Both the position numbers and the translations under genes were made by a program. Under the pieces are notes generated by a model that worked only from the letters and a program-made list of their open reading frames with translations, ran no database searches and was not told the origin of the DNA. A DNA stretch of 64,000 bases from Massalongia carnosa (taxonomy: Eukaryota). Below are positions 37,282 through 51,066 of this stretch, one piece after another; within the stretch, counting starts at the first letter, position 1; each line of letters begins with the position of its first letter. The DNA is taken from NCBI GenBank assembly GCA_965645245.1, contig OZ287081.1:434001-498000 (forward strand), in the 5' to 3' direction.

Positions 37282-39384
37282 TCATATATTCTTAGGATTA
37301 ATACCGTCATCGATGACATATTTCTCATTTTGAGTCTTCTCCCTCGCGCGGATCAACGGACTCGAGCTAGTCTTCTCAAAATACGTCGATACTTCGCTCG
37401 ACCAGAAACTATCGTCAGCATCGTGATCATCATAGTGGCCTGCTTTCTCGTCCGTAAGCCTCGCTTGGCCGGCTTCCCAATCATGGCGCATGTCCTCGAT
37501 CTTCTGCGTGTAATCCAGGTTGGGGTCGTAGTGCTTGCCAACGCCAGTCCAGCGTTCGTACAAGGATAGATGCTTGGGATGAATCGCAATGCCGTGATAA
37601 TCCGCTTCGCGGCCGGCACGAATATATTGCCAACGACGCTCTTGTTCCTTGAGATCAAGCCCAGTGGTATCTGGAAGGAAGAAAAACGTGACCAACATGC
37701 CCATGAGGCCAAACCACGGGACAACGTAAAACTTCATCTGCGTGCTGATGTAGTTGTACATGACTGCGGCAAGAAGGGCGCCAAGCTTTCCGCAGGCCGC
37801 CGAGAATCCATGTGCGGTCGCACGAATCGGGGTGGGATACACTTCGGCGGCGACAAGGAAAGTCACCGCATTAGGTCCGAATTGATTGAAGAATGACGAC
37901 AGGAAATACATAGCCTGGAAGCCGACAACATGCTCCTTGCTGGTAAAGTACTTGAATTTAAAGGCCGGGATGACGAAGAGAATGAAATCCATAAAGAACC
38001 CAATCATCTGCATTTTCTTGCGACCGTAGAGCTTGTTATCGATGAGGAATGCTTTGCCCATTTAGTCAACGCTACACCGACCAGGGGTCGACTTACATGC
38101 AAGGTAGTATCCCACAAGCGAAACGCCCACGTTGATCAAGTTGTAGAGCCAACCAGGCATGATCGAGGTGCTATTGTTGGTAATGACATTGATGAACTCG
38201 CTTTGAAACAGCTTGTTACCGTAGAAGAAAACATCATTGGCAAACCAAGCACCGGCGGTGGCGATCATTCGAGGCCCGAAGTAGGTGAAGGTTAGTTTCA
38301 AGGATTGGGTATCATACCCGGTGACCTTGCTCTTCTTTTTCGCAACAGCCAGCTGCTTGCTCGCTGATTTCATCTTGTAAGTTCGGTAGTAGACGAGCCA
38401 AAGAGTTCCAACCGCGGGGATTGCAAAGGAGATACGATATGTCCATTGGGTCGCTAGGGCCGAGTACGGTGGATTTCCACTTCCGTGGTGAAAGCAGAAT
38501 AGGAGAAGAATCAAGAGGACCTGATTGAAGAATTGACCCCATCCTTGCATCAAAAAGGCACTGGTGACTTTGCGTCCTCGATGGAGACGATCTTCCTTGG
38601 TTGAGACTTTGCCCGAGCCAACCGCGTTTTCCATACCAGAGGTAGCCGTCATGGGATATTCCCCACCCACGCCGATACCATATAGAAACAGAGACCAAAC
38701 GTAGCAAATGACCCAACCGTTCTCGGTCAGTCCCCACGCCGAAGTGAGCATGATTAAACCGATGAACATGATGGTGGCGTCCTGGATCAGTCCCCATCGT
38801 CGACCAAGCCTGGTATCGGGTTAGAGTGTGGGGTGCTCAACAGCCAATCTACGCACCAATCTCCAAGAATTCCGACCAGTATCTGTCCCACAATGATGCC
38901 GCAAATCTCCAAATACTCCACCGCAGCAATCCAAGTTTTGTCGCAAGTTTTCTGCGCTTTCCAGCAAGAAGGAAATCCTGCTTGAAACAGCGGTTTTAGG
39001 TTCCCAATGGAGAAGAGCACATATCTAGATCCGGTCAGCATCCAGACGACAAGCGTGCCAAGCATGCACCCACCCTTCCAGGCCAAGCCCAGCGCCAGGA
39101 AGGACCATGTTGCGGAAATAATATGCAAACGGGCTCAACGGATCGGCTTTGAACATATCCCACACATTCGACACTTCCCTTTTCGTCTCTTTGGCATCGT
39201 AGCTCGTGATGAATTTGACTCGTTGCGCCAACGGCAAGTCTGCCCAATACACACCAGCCTCGTTGTAGCTGTCATCGGGACGCAACAGATAACTGAATAT
39301 TTGTCTCTCGTTGGTGGTCATTTCTTGGGCATGATGATGGGTTCTAGTCATCCCGGGTCCTTGAGGGCCCGGAATATCATCCAT
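37282..39384 (-). CDS. MFS transporter, Pho84/Git1-like phosphate/metabolite:H+ symporter family (multi-exon)
   Basis: GIGVGGEYPMTAT, FLMQGWG, AWFANDVFFYGNKLF and QFGPNAVTFLVAAEVYPTPIRATAHGFSAACGKLG. Confidence 0.9.
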
Positions 39385-41045
39385 CCGGCCCAAGACGGTA
39401 TTGCTTTATGGGAATGGTCAGATTCGCCAAGGTTCAAGACCGTATTTGACGTGAGCAATGGATAATCAAGGCTAAGACTTCGCAAGTTCGACCCTTTCGA
39501 TGGCAATTCACGAGCTGGAGAATGGCTTTTGTAAAGAGCACAGCCGAAGAACTGTTCATGCGTGGCTATGACGTTGGTGGGTGAGACTGATGCAGCTGCA
39601 GCCAGTCAGGCCGGGAAGACAGCCTCGTGGATCGAAACGAGGCAGGAAAAGAGTCTCCTGGGGCAATGGTTGCAGGACGTTCGCACCATCGGCTTGAAAG
39701 AGGCTCATGCAGTTTCAGCCGGCAAAAACGGCCTACATATGCACGTGTCCGGATGATTGGAGGATGCCGATGAGCAACTATCAGAGTTAGGTCTCTATCG
39801 TTCGCGACAAGTTTGGGTGGAGGATCTGCATTGGCAACGGTTGCCGAGCACGATAAGTATCTGTTGGGTACCCAGTCTTAGGGACTTGATAGGAAGGAGC
39901 AAGCTTGTGATCCGACCTTCCAGCGATCGATGCTCAGCACATGCTTGACAAAAACCGAAACCGATTGAGAACACCATCGCAAAACGAGGAAAAGCGGATC
40001 CATCTGCATCATCGTGCCTCATAATGGCTGGTTCAAATTACTTGTGACCAATAATCGCCTTGCGCGGCTGATCGAGAGGCTCACACGATTATTATGGTCG
40101 AAAAGGACGAGAGACGTGAACGACGGTGAGGTTTGAAACGATGGAAAAAGATCCAATCACATTCGAGATATTGTCCACGTTTTCTCGAGCTAACTTAACT
40201 AGACCGGATTGGTCGATAGTTAGTCTTCTCTGGGCAGCAAGAGTTAACGAAGGAAAATAGAAAAACCGAAAACCCGGAAACCCTAGTTCATATTGTTTTC
40301 CTCTTTGCACTTTGATGATGGTTAAGAGTTGTGGCAGAAAGACTGGAAGCTGAAAGTGTACTCGGTATTGGATCAAGACAAAGAAACTCAATCCTTTACC
40401 TCCTTGCTCTACCATCACCACCTCCACAAGTTAAATAATGACAACTGTATACTGGAAAGAAGAGCAAAACTACATACGGGATGCTCTCCGCCTCGTCTAC
40501 CCCTTTTCCATTTTTCTTAGGGAGAAATCACCCGAGTTCATGAGGCAAGTTGGCCGGTTGCGATCACGAAGGAAGAAAGAACTTCACAGATTGAGGGAGA
40601 ATGTCTCAGATCTCTCAGATCTCTCAGATCCCATGCTCAGCCATCGACACTCTTTGCTTCCCCTAGTTGAAATGCGCATCGCAAATCTCTCGTTTATAAT
40701 TTCGACCTTTCTTTGTCCTGACGAAATTTTCCGTTTGCAAAACACTTTTTCCTTCTTGGCATTGCGTCGCCGGCGTGCAGAGACGGACGTTTTTTGTTGA
40801 TGAGGTTTTAACGCTGAGTTCCTTGGGTGTAAATATATAAAACTGCGTTTGCTATTTATGAATCTTTGAATGGGAAACCCCATTTTTTGCCGTTCCTATC
40901 TGAACCCAACTCGTTTTGGTAAATCGTTCATCCAAAAATCGTCAGCGCGCTTCGTTCAGCAAGAATAAAGCCCATTCGTTTTATCCTTTCCCCCAAAACC
41001 AGATCCATCGGTAAACCGCTGCGTTGCAAAAGTCTAAAAAGTAAA

Positions 41046-41724
41046 ATGCGTTGCCTCGTCTCCCTCCTACCCCTTGCCCTCATCTTCGCTTCTCCGGCCC
41101 CTCAATCCCGCGCCCTCCTCGCCGCATCGCCAACCCTAACAACAACCCTCTACGCCATCCTGACTCCTTCAATCGCTACCGTCATCTCCACCATAACCTC
41201 GACTCCACCGGTGGTGACCAAAATCGCGAACCCCCCCGGCTCTTCTACAAGTGTTTCACTCCCTCAGGTAAAACTGTCCCAATTATTTTCTCCCTATCTC
41301 CCCTTGATTCAAGCTAGGGGTTAGGAAACTCAACCTGACGCCTTGTGGCCACTGGTAGATCACAACCCGCCCATCTAACATCGCTGATTCCCACCTCTCC
41401 GCATCAACTACCTATCCACTCACCACTGCCGTTGCGGACGGGAGTGCCATTCTCCTCGCGCCATCCATCTCAACCTCTACCCGAAACACCACGACCGCCG
41501 ATCCCAACACCAGCGCGAGCAAATCCTCCTCCGCCACATCCGCGAGCCGAAGCTCCCCGAGCTCTGCTAAATCAAGCGCTACCCCTGTGAAGAGTAGCAC
41601 TGCCTCTGGTGGGAAGACGCCGGCGGTGGCGGGTATGGGGGAGAAGGGAGGGGAGGTGTGGAGGCGCTGGGTTTTGCTGGTTGGGCTGTGGGGGGTGGGG
41701 GTGTGGATGGGGGTGTGGGGATAG
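41046..41724 (+). CDS. Ser/Thr-rich secreted, probably GPI-anchored protein (2 exons)
   Basis: Signal peptide. Intron 41268-41358 preserves frame. S/T-rich body and hydrophobic C-terminus WVLLVGLWGVGVWMGVWG*. Confidence 0.75.
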
Positions 41725-42404
41725 ATGATGCGATGGTTGGAAGCCGCGGGGATTGTGTTCCCAGGGTGGATGCATGGAAGCATGAAAGCACGAGAAATGG
41801 AGCTAACCAGACGGGAGTATTGAATTGAGAAAAACGAGAAGAACTGAAGCACGAAGGGAGCTCAGTTTATCTTGGGTGGGGCTAGCTGGTCCTACTCCCA
41901 CTCCCTTTTCGCTTCGCTTCTTTCCTGTTTCCATTTCGTTCTGATCATTCTTTCGTCTGAGGCAAATTAAGTATTTGGGCGGGAAACAAGTGACACGCAA
42001 GTATGAATTGCTGTGACCCGAAAGGGTCGAAACATATGAACTGAATGGGCATCTCTTAAACTCATCAACGTGTCCTAAACTATGAGTTTCGTCCTGAGTA
42101 TCACGTTCCATTTGTTTGCATTTCCTTCTCTTGGCCCCGGCTGTGCGAAATCAAGTTTCTTTTGTTTTTGGTTCATGGTTCTTTGTTTGCTGTTCATGAA
42201 TGACTTGTTCGCCCTGTTCCTGTGCGCCCGTCACTTGTTTTTCCGAGAATCATATCATCACTTCTGATGGCTTCAAATCAGCTTGATATAAATTTGCGAA
42301 AAGCTCCGTCCGTAAACCAAAAATAAATAAAATTCATCATTCCCATCAACCACAGCTCTACCCTCTTCCTCTCCAAAAAATCCAACCTCCATTCGATAGA
42401 AGAA

Positions 42405-42746
42405 ATGACTTGCGAAACCCTTGAAATGTACTGGCGCTGCGCCCATTTCTGTCACGCGGCCGCCTATCTCTGCCCTAACGCGACCCTGACGGGGTTCTAC
42501 TGCCCAGGGCGCGTACTTGCCTCGCGCCTCGTCCTGGCCTCCGACTGTAGAGAGTGCGCGGCCCGACACAGCCAGCCTTACTTGGAGAGTGTCTTGTGGC
42601 AGTGCGGACATGTTTGTGTGGCACATATTGTTCCTGCAGTTCACGGCCTTGACCAACAGTATGGGGTGGCTGGAGAGGATGGAGCTTTTACTGAAACCAT
42701 GTTGCCAAGATGCTGTCCTGCTTGCGCCGAGCTTTTTGTGACCTAG
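42405..42746 (+). CDS. Small Cys/His-rich putative metal-binding protein
   Basis: 113 aa with two similar modules (W.C[AG]H...C..C). No signal peptide. Confidence 0.5.
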   Translation: MTCETLEMYWRCAHFCHAAAYLCPNATLTGFYCPGRVLASRLVLASDCRECAARHSQPYLESVLWQCGHVCVAHIVPAVHGLDQQYGVAGEDGAFTETMLPRCCPACAELFVT

Positions 42747-44188
42747 CCGATATAGCAAGTCGTTTTGAGGAGGAGAGTGTCGAGGACTTTTAGGTAGATG
42801 AATACGGTGGTGATAAGGATTCCTGGGTTTTGGCATAGATGAAGGGAGATAGACGAAGCGGTTAAGTTGGGCGCATTTTGGTTGATGAGGATCTTTTGTT
42901 TTTGCGATAGATGGAAGAAATTGGACGGAGATTTTTGAAATGGAAAGCTGGAGGTGCGTTAAATAGATGAGAAACCTTCTAACCTTTCAGTTCTAGCCTT
43001 TATTGAAACATAAGCAAAATCATCATCCGGCCATTGTCGCTGCACAGTGATACGATCATGAGTAGTTATGTGATGCCTCTTTATCTTGCTAGACCTTCCA
43101 GCTCATACCCTAGGCGCCTATTAATGATGCTTCTGTAACCTTAAACTTCTCCAATAAAGACCGACAGAGTAGCAGCGCGCCTTGCGACCTATCTTTGGGT
43201 TATGAAATAATTGAAACGATGAATCCCAGGAGTGAAGCTTGCGAGACGTGAAGGGTTCGATCAGTGGTACGCACCGTTCTTCTAATGCTGTTGCGAAGTT
43301 GCAAGTCCTGTCTAGAGAGTGATAACGCGGACTTCCCGGATAAACCATTCAAAGCTCGGGTGGCTCGAGTTTGTTTGGCTCATCGTCCTCACATCCATCG
43401 TGTCGAATGGTAACGTCAGGTTTTCATATTTCGTACTTGTTTTCTTTGAGCCATGGTGTTGGATAGTGACTAACTTCCTCCCGTTCAGATCCTGGGCTTG
43501 GTTTTCTCTTCTAGTACCTAGCCGTGAAGAGTTCCTTCGAATGCATAGAATTCCGAAAGAAAATCTTCATACGGTCAAGTACGGGACTCCTCCCTAAACG
43601 GTGGATGAGAACGAGATATGTAGTCTTTATCAATAGCCATTGAGAGCGCAATGCTGCAACATTTCCCTCTTGCGAAAACTCTCCAGCTCTGGAATCAAAT
43701 TTCTGTCTACTAATTGTGTTTCATGTGTAAATTACTTTTATTTGAGCCACGTTGATTTCTATATATAGTGGCCGCAAACAGTTGCTGTTTCTTTTTCTTT
43801 TTAAGTAAGCTGAACAGCGCTGACGAAACGTATACGGCTTTGTGATGGCTTTTCTTACCATTATGTTGAAATCGGAGTCCTTGAAGTTTAAACACTTTCT
43901 GTATGTTTTGAACCCTTGAGAATTTTATTGGATGACCTTGCCTGCCCTTCTGTATACGGGGGCACTTGCTACATTTCCAACGGTCACAATTATTTGAAAT
44001 GTGCTCCAGCCGGTACTTTTGCAAGTGGTAAATCTTTTATCACTGATGACTCGGAAGTGTTGCCTTTGGGAGGCACTTAACCCGGATTACCTTCTGACCG
44101 TCTTCTACCTCTTTTCTTACTTTATTTCGGCCACCAAACCCACTCAATCCGTCACACCCACCAATATAGTTCTGCCAGGACTTCCATC

Positions 44189-45585
44189 ATGGTAGCAAAT
44201 CCTCGTGGCGATGCAGTGGTACGGGTGTCTATTGTTTTGGGTGTCATTGATACCCTTGCGGTCATTCTACGATTCATGGCTCGGCGGAAGAGCAAAGCAA
44301 AGATCGCAGCTGACGATTGGATTATCGCGGCGAGCCTACTACCAGCATATGCTATGATTGTATCTTGTGGATTTTGTGCGTCTCACTTCTACCTGGCCTT
44401 GGACCGCCAAACTAACTAGGAATCAACCTAGGGGCTGCCCGAGGAGGTGCGGGAAGGCACACAGATACCTTGACGCCGGATGAAATGACACTTTTTCTTA
44501 AGGTAAGTTTATATCGTGGCCATGAGCTGGTACTCCAACCTATCTTTGTCTAATTGTATCGCAGCTGCTCATCCCTCCAATGATTACCTACGGGCTTACC
44601 GTCACAGCAGTCAGAATTTCAATTCTGCTCCTCTATCGCCGAATTTTTGATACCGATATCTTCAAGCGCATCTTGGCTGCCGTGGGTAGTTTATGCCTGG
44701 CGTGGTTGCTTGGCGAGATCTGCACCGAAATTTTTCTTTGTTCGCCAATCTCTGCCGCATGGGATCCACAGCTGATTTTCACCGACCATTGCGGCAATCT
44801 CCAAGCCTCAATCTTAGGAATCACAATATCCAGCATGCTCCTTGATGTGATTATTCTCTGCTTACCATTACCGATGATCTGGAAATTGCAGTTGCCGCCT
44901 CGGCATAAACTCGTAGTCTGCGTTCTTTTCCTGCTAGGGGGGTTGTAAGTCTTTTCCCTTTCCTTTTCCCATTCCGCTCGTCCAGAATGGTTTCTCACTC
45001 GAAGAACTCATGGTCTATGGGTTCTCTAGGACTGATTGGAGCAACAGGACCTGCATCGTGAGTATCCTGCGGATAGCCTCAGTAGCCCACATTAGGGATG
45101 AAGATATCGCCTGTAAGGTCATGGAACATACCCGTAGAAATAACGGTTGTACAGTTGCTTACCAAATATCTCGTACAGACACTTTTGTCTACACCTATCT
45201 TTGGAGCCACCTCGAACCCGCAACCGCTATCTGGTGTGCCTGCATAATGACATACCGGCCTCTGTTCGTCGACTTAAATCTCAAATACCAAACCCTCGTC
45301 AGCCGCAACTGCCGGGACTCGTCAATGGCCAAGTTTTGGTTCAGCACCCCAAGCAGCAAGCGCAGCAGCAGCACCGGCAAAACCGACTCAGTGCTACAGT
45401 TGCCGTTTTGGCGTAGCATGCACAGCCGAGAATCCTCGAAATACAGCAATGTCGGCGAAGGCGGTGCCAATGAAAAGTCTCACGTTGTCCATGTGCGAGC
45501 TGCGCGCGAAGTAGGCAATGTTTTCCATGGAGGCCAGTATGAATGTTCTGCTATTGCGTTTGGGAGAGAGACGTCCTTGGTTTAA
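44189..45585 (+). CDS. PTH11-like integral membrane protein (fungal rhodopsin-domain GPCR-like), multi-exon
   Basis: AVILRFMARR..ADDW, RISILLLYRRIF, C.PISAAWD, DVIILCLPLPMIWKLQL..RHK, SILRI, W..LEP..AI.CAC...RPLF. No CFEM domain. Confidence 0.88.
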
Positions 45586-46253
45586 TGATAAATGGTTTGG
45601 ATATCTGTATCTGTAATCACTTCCACGAACCATTATGAGTGTTTCTCTTTGAGCACATTTTCCAAATTGATCCTATGATAAAAAATCCATCAAATTTTAA
45701 CCACAACTTATCAAAACACATTTCCATCTCTTTACATATTTCCAACTCCTCAACCTCATAAAATCCCATTTCCACCTCATCAAATTAAGCGGACGCCCCC
45801 GCCCCTCCATTACTTCACAAAAAACATCGCCCTACACCGCGCAAAAGAGCCCCAAAAGAGGTACTTACCTACCCTATTCCTACCCTATCAATCTACCATA
45901 CATACCTACGTACCCCCCCATCCCCAAAGGGACCATCCCATCCCTCTTCCAAGCCATAGGCAGGCCAATAGATACAACAACCGGCGCCTCATAGACCACG
46001 TGGTAACTAGCCAAAATTAAGCGACAGCTTCTCGCTCTCGCGCCGGCCCCAAAACGAGGAGATGTAGATAGGTAGATAGATAGGTTTAGTTTGATGATTG
46101 ATGAACTGGATGGATAGATGGAAAAATGAACGCTCTTTCCTTTAGTTTCTGCAAGTAGATGTTCTTCACGCTACTTCTTCTTTTCGTTTGTTGTTCCGCA
46201 CGGCGGTTGGTTTTCGTGAATCAGATGGCGTGGGTGGGGAGATAAGATGAATG

Positions 46254-46254
<1 letters not shown>

Positions 46255-46306
<52 letters not shown>
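46255..46306. repeat. (GA)n microsatellite
   Basis: About 25 GA units. Confidence 0.95.
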
Positions 46307-46312
<6 letters not shown>

Positions 46313-46666
46313 TGAGAGACGGAGGGGGAGTAGAGAAAAGAGCAATGCGAAGCGGAGAGACATTTACATATCCGATCTTGTTCAGTTAAGGTTTGTTTTT
46401 TATTTTTGGAGTGACTGAGTGAGATGGGTTTATTAGAAAGAGAAAAAAGTGGGGGGGAATTGATTGTGAATGTGTCGCCTGGCTTTTATGTAGGCGCGAT
46501 TTTGCAGATAAGTTTGTCTGAGCTGGAGTGGACAAAAAGGGGGCGCTTAATCGACTCCATCAGGTTGGATTTTCAAGTACATTCCGGCCTGTGCTTTAAT
46601 CATTCCGTATATTTTACACACCTATGCCGTACAAACTCCCCAGCCCCACCGAACTCTAAAACCCGT

Positions 46667-49600
46667 TCAAACTCCGTAAATCTCCTCGTCGTCCTCATTT
46701 CCTACATCCCCGAACTCATCCCCTTTCATCCCATTTCTCATTACTCGCTTAATTGGCGAGTCTCCAAAATCTTGACTGGTAAGATATGCTTCGTCCTCGT
46801 CCTCATCTTCCTCATCTACACTGTCGTCATCATCATACCTGTCGAGATGCAGGACCTTGCCTTTTCCTTTCCCCTCCTGCTTCCCTTTTGGCTTGCTTCT
46901 AGATTTTTGCTTCAGCTGCGTGGAGAGCGGCGCTACGTTAGTGATGGGAGCTGGTAGGCGGGTGGGAGGTAGGCGGGGTTTCTTCTTGGGGGCTTCGGAT
47001 ACACTTTCAAAGGTCTGACGTACGTGGCGGTAGTGCTCTAATTCCTTTGCACTAGAGGACATGGGTGGTTAGCAGGAATTCGTTCTAGAGGAAGTCACAG
47101 TAATTGTGGTTAAAGTAAAATGACAAACCTGACGCTTGCTACCAACTCTCTGCGAGCGGCCGTAAAGTCTTCCTCAGTCACCATGACGGCGATGTCGTCT
47201 TTAGTGGCCAAATGGTCGAAGAAATACGCCGGGGTGATAGGCCCGCCGGGCAAAGATCTGATCTTGGCGTCGACGGCCGAAGCCTGCCTCATAATAGCTT
47301 TGAGCATCGCATCCGAGCAGAGCGCATACAGATCGGCCCCTGTATAGGTAAAGGGAAGCGTCTCTGCTACCCGACGCAGCGACATGTCAGAAGACATCGT
47401 GAATTTACGGGTCAGTGCCTCCAGGATCGTAAGCTGCTTTTCGTGCGTGTCCGATACTCCTAAATAGAGCATTCTGTCGAAGCGACCAGGACGTAGAAGG
47501 GCCTGATCGAGCAAGTCTGGCCTGTTGGTCGCCCCGATGACGAAGACACCGCCGCCGCCTTCCTTACCATCGCTCATGCCGTCCAGTTCGGCAAGTAACT
47601 GACTAACAATCCGATCCATGACCCCGCCGCTGTCCCCCTGGTTCCCCCGTTTCGGTGCCACAGAGTCAAGCTCATCGAAGAAGACCACGCAAGGCCTCGC
47701 ATCTCGCGCTCTTTGAAATACCCGTCGAACGTTCGCCTCAGACTCCCCGATATACATATTTAGCAGCTCAGGGCCTTTTACCGAGAAAAAATTGAGAGAA
47801 AACTCTGTTGCAATTGCTTTTGCAAGTAGAGTCTTACCAGTGCCAGGAGGGCCGTAGAAAAGAATGCCACTTCGCTTTTTCATGCCTTTGACGAACAGTT
47901 CCGGCCTTTCGAGGGGCAATTGGATCGTCTCCATCACAGCATCTTTGACGTTCTCAAGGCCTCCGACATCTTCCCAGCTCACATTTGGAATCTTAGGAGC
48001 TCCAATCGAGTCAGCAAAAATTTTACGCGCTGCGTCGACGGCGAGATCGAAATCAGATTTTGTCACACATGTTGCCCCCTCGCCTCCTGATACCAGAATA
48101 TCTCGGATCCTAATCCGAGTAGATGTTGTTTTGCTTGAAGAACTAGCAATTAATGCTTCTAACCGATCCTCTCTTGCGATCATGGCTCGTTCCACCACAT
48201 CAACAAGATCGCCAGCTACAAGTGCAGCGGTCTTAGTTGCAATGGCGGCCAACTCTACATCATGTGCCAACTTCAAGCTTCTTCTATTGATAATCTCTTG
48301 TAAGAGGCCTTCTCTCTCTGATTCATCCGGAGCTGATAACTCAAGCTCATGGGTGAACAGGCTGCGTACGCCCTCAGGAATATTCTCAAGCTCAGTCGTG
48401 GTAGCTAGGAGAATCCTCACATCTTTAATAATTTCCTTTAGGGCGGAGATCACTCGATCTGCGGTCAATGCTTCTACGTGGCGGATAAGTATAGCAGAGC
48501 AATTAGACCCACAACTCATTGCTCGTTCGGCCCTTGCTTTGAAAAGAGCCTCTGTTTTGACATCAGCCCCTCCTACACCACCCTCAGACAACAGATCGTA
48601 AGCATCTAAAGAGAATACATGCACCCCAAGATCCGCCGAAGCACGCGAAGCCAACGTTGCCTTTCCAATATTCCTCTGCGTCGAATGGAGAAGAATGACT
48701 GTAGGTTCCATCCTGATGTGCACTGCTCGTGCGCTTGTAGCTGCAGCTATCAGCTCCCGAAGACGGCGTCGTAAAGGTGCCATATGCAGCACCGGTGGAG
48801 CCATGAATGGTTTTGCAAAAGCTTTGGAAACTGGAGGAAGGTTTGGGGGTGATATGACGCCCATGTAGTATTGCCAGGTATTGCTTAATGCTGGGGGGAC
48901 TTTGCTTTGCTCGTTGCCAGCTTGAACCATTCTTGTCGTCAACGGCTCTATGCTAAAAGCCCCGCCCCAAGTATCAGCAGAGGAAAAGTGCGAGTCTTGA
49001 TCGATTAGAGAACTGGTGATTTGGTCAATCCGAAACCATGCAACTTCTTGAGCTTTGAAGTTCTGCGGCTGTCCGTGGACGGTCAGAGACATCAAATCTT
49101 GACTCTCCCGATCAACCTCTGGGGTTGTTGGCGGTTGAGCTAGCATCCTGCTCATATCTACATCGATTCTCAAAGGTACAAGATCACCCTTTCGGAGGAC
49201 GCGACGCTTATATTCAAAGTGCTGTGTAAGGGCTGCTAACAAGCCGTTTTGTAATGCCCACTCGGTGGAAATAGGGCTGGAGATTTTTGACAGAGTAACT
49301 TCCCTTGCAACAGGCGGTGCCGCGAAATTTGCAGGGTTGCATTTATTACTCTTAGAACTGATAGATGTGCTATCCTGTGGAGTTTTTAGTAGACTTATCT
49401 TGACATACCGGAGATGGTTGAGATTGGCGAGTAGAATAGGTGAGAACCAGGCTGTAGGCGTCCTCCGTTCATATTTAGAGATGGAAGAAACACTAGATCG
49501 TCTGCCAACGGCATTGCCACTGGTATGTCGTGTCTTCTTTATTGACGATAGGTCCGGAAGCCCATAGACCTTGATAACTCTACAATCATCACTAAATCCC

Positions 49601-51066
49601 TCATAAGTTCCTAACGCATCTACTTCCCTTGGCCCTTCGTTGCCACCCATTGGTCTCGTAGTACCTTTTACTTTTACCCAATCTCCCGAGAAACATCCAA
49701 TTTTCAGAAGCATCTTGATATCCACAAACACCCTAGCTTCCTCATCCTCATCACTTGGGGGTTTAGGATGAAGTAACTCGTCAGGGACTTTGCTCAAAAG
49801 ACTTTGCGTCTGGAAATAGATTCCTTCTCCTGCCTTTTGACGAGTTGTTGTGACTGTGAAAGCAGAGAACATGGAGCTAGGCGTATCCAAGCCGGTCATT
49901 GTTGCTCCTGGAGCTCGTGGGGTAGTCGTGTTCGTTAAAGACTTGAAACTAGAAGAATCTATAGGTAGGCTAGGCATCGCCATGGAAATAACATTCCTCA
50001 GCGAGTCGTCTGACAAACTACCTGAGTCCTCGTCGGAGTCGCTGGATGCCGAACTTGGGCTCCCATCTTTGAAGGTGATGGCATCCACAGCGGTCTTATC
50101 CTCCACGGCAGAGAAGAACTGCTCGTTTGAAGTGTCATCGTCCTCTTCCACAGTTATACCATTGAGAATATTCCGACTTGAAGGGGCCGGAGGGGCTCGA
50201 GTTGCAGCGTCCTTATGGAAGACTCGACTGACTACAACCTTGGTATCGGCAGTCATGAGCCCTTGACCAACGGGTTCACAGAATGTAATTTTAGCAGGTG
50301 GAAGAGATACATGAGTGATTGGATGAGTTGGCAAAGGAAGTGGCAACATATCACCTCGGCGGACCACAATTGACGACGCCAATGCTCGACGTATTGCAGT
50401 TGTCAAACGTTGCTCTTGGGTTTCAGTTATTGAGCTTATTGGAATACCGTTCGCACCTTGCGAGAACGCTTTCCCTTTTCCCTTTCCTTTCCCATTTCCG
50501 ATGAACCCATTAGTCATTGAAGACGAGAACCCGCCGGCGAACCTTTTCTGTATTTCATCGTGTTTATCAAACGCAATCCCATCGACTTCCACAAAGACTG
50601 TATCTAAGTTCAATGGTTCCACCTCCAAAACTTGAATCTCAAACCCTGATTTCCCCTTTATCTTCCCCCCCACTGTAGGACTGGCTTGTGAAGCTTCAGC
50701 AAAAGATCCAAGGGCGAGAGACGAAGACGAAAACCGCAAAGTCGAAGCGGGCAGCTTGGACCCATCCTCAACGTCTTTGGGCTGATTTGTAACAGGCACA
50801 ATAGTCCAACACCCATCTGACACCGACTCTGCTGAAAAGGGAGACCACGGTGATATGGCAATGTATCGAACAATGGCAGAACCAGGACTTGTCTTCTCTG
50901 AGGAAGCGAGTTCACCAAAAAGATCTCTGTATAGATCTTCTGAAATCAAACCAATATCGCCCTTGAGGTTTCCGCTCAGCGTGAGCCAGGCAAATATCGC
51001 AGGTCTTTCAGCTCTTCGCCGCCGTCTCTTCTTGCGATGGTCTGTTGACAATACATAGTGTTCCAT
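46667..51066 (-). CDS. PEX6: Peroxisomal AAA+ ATPase peroxin-6
   Basis: IGAPKIPNVSWEDVGGL, GILFYGPPGTGKTLLAKA, VKGPELLNMYIGESEANVR, FFDELDS and GDSGGVMDRIVSQLLAELDG, plus a degenerate D1 (HSTQRNIGKAT). A final intron at 47052-47128 joins ELVASVS|AKELEHY. Confidence 0.97.

Noticed and set aside
46667..47062. Separate 131-aa gene
   Set aside because: It is the last exon of PEX6 (intron 47052-47128).
47864..50266. Long plus-strand ORFs
   Set aside because: Antisense shadows of PEX6.
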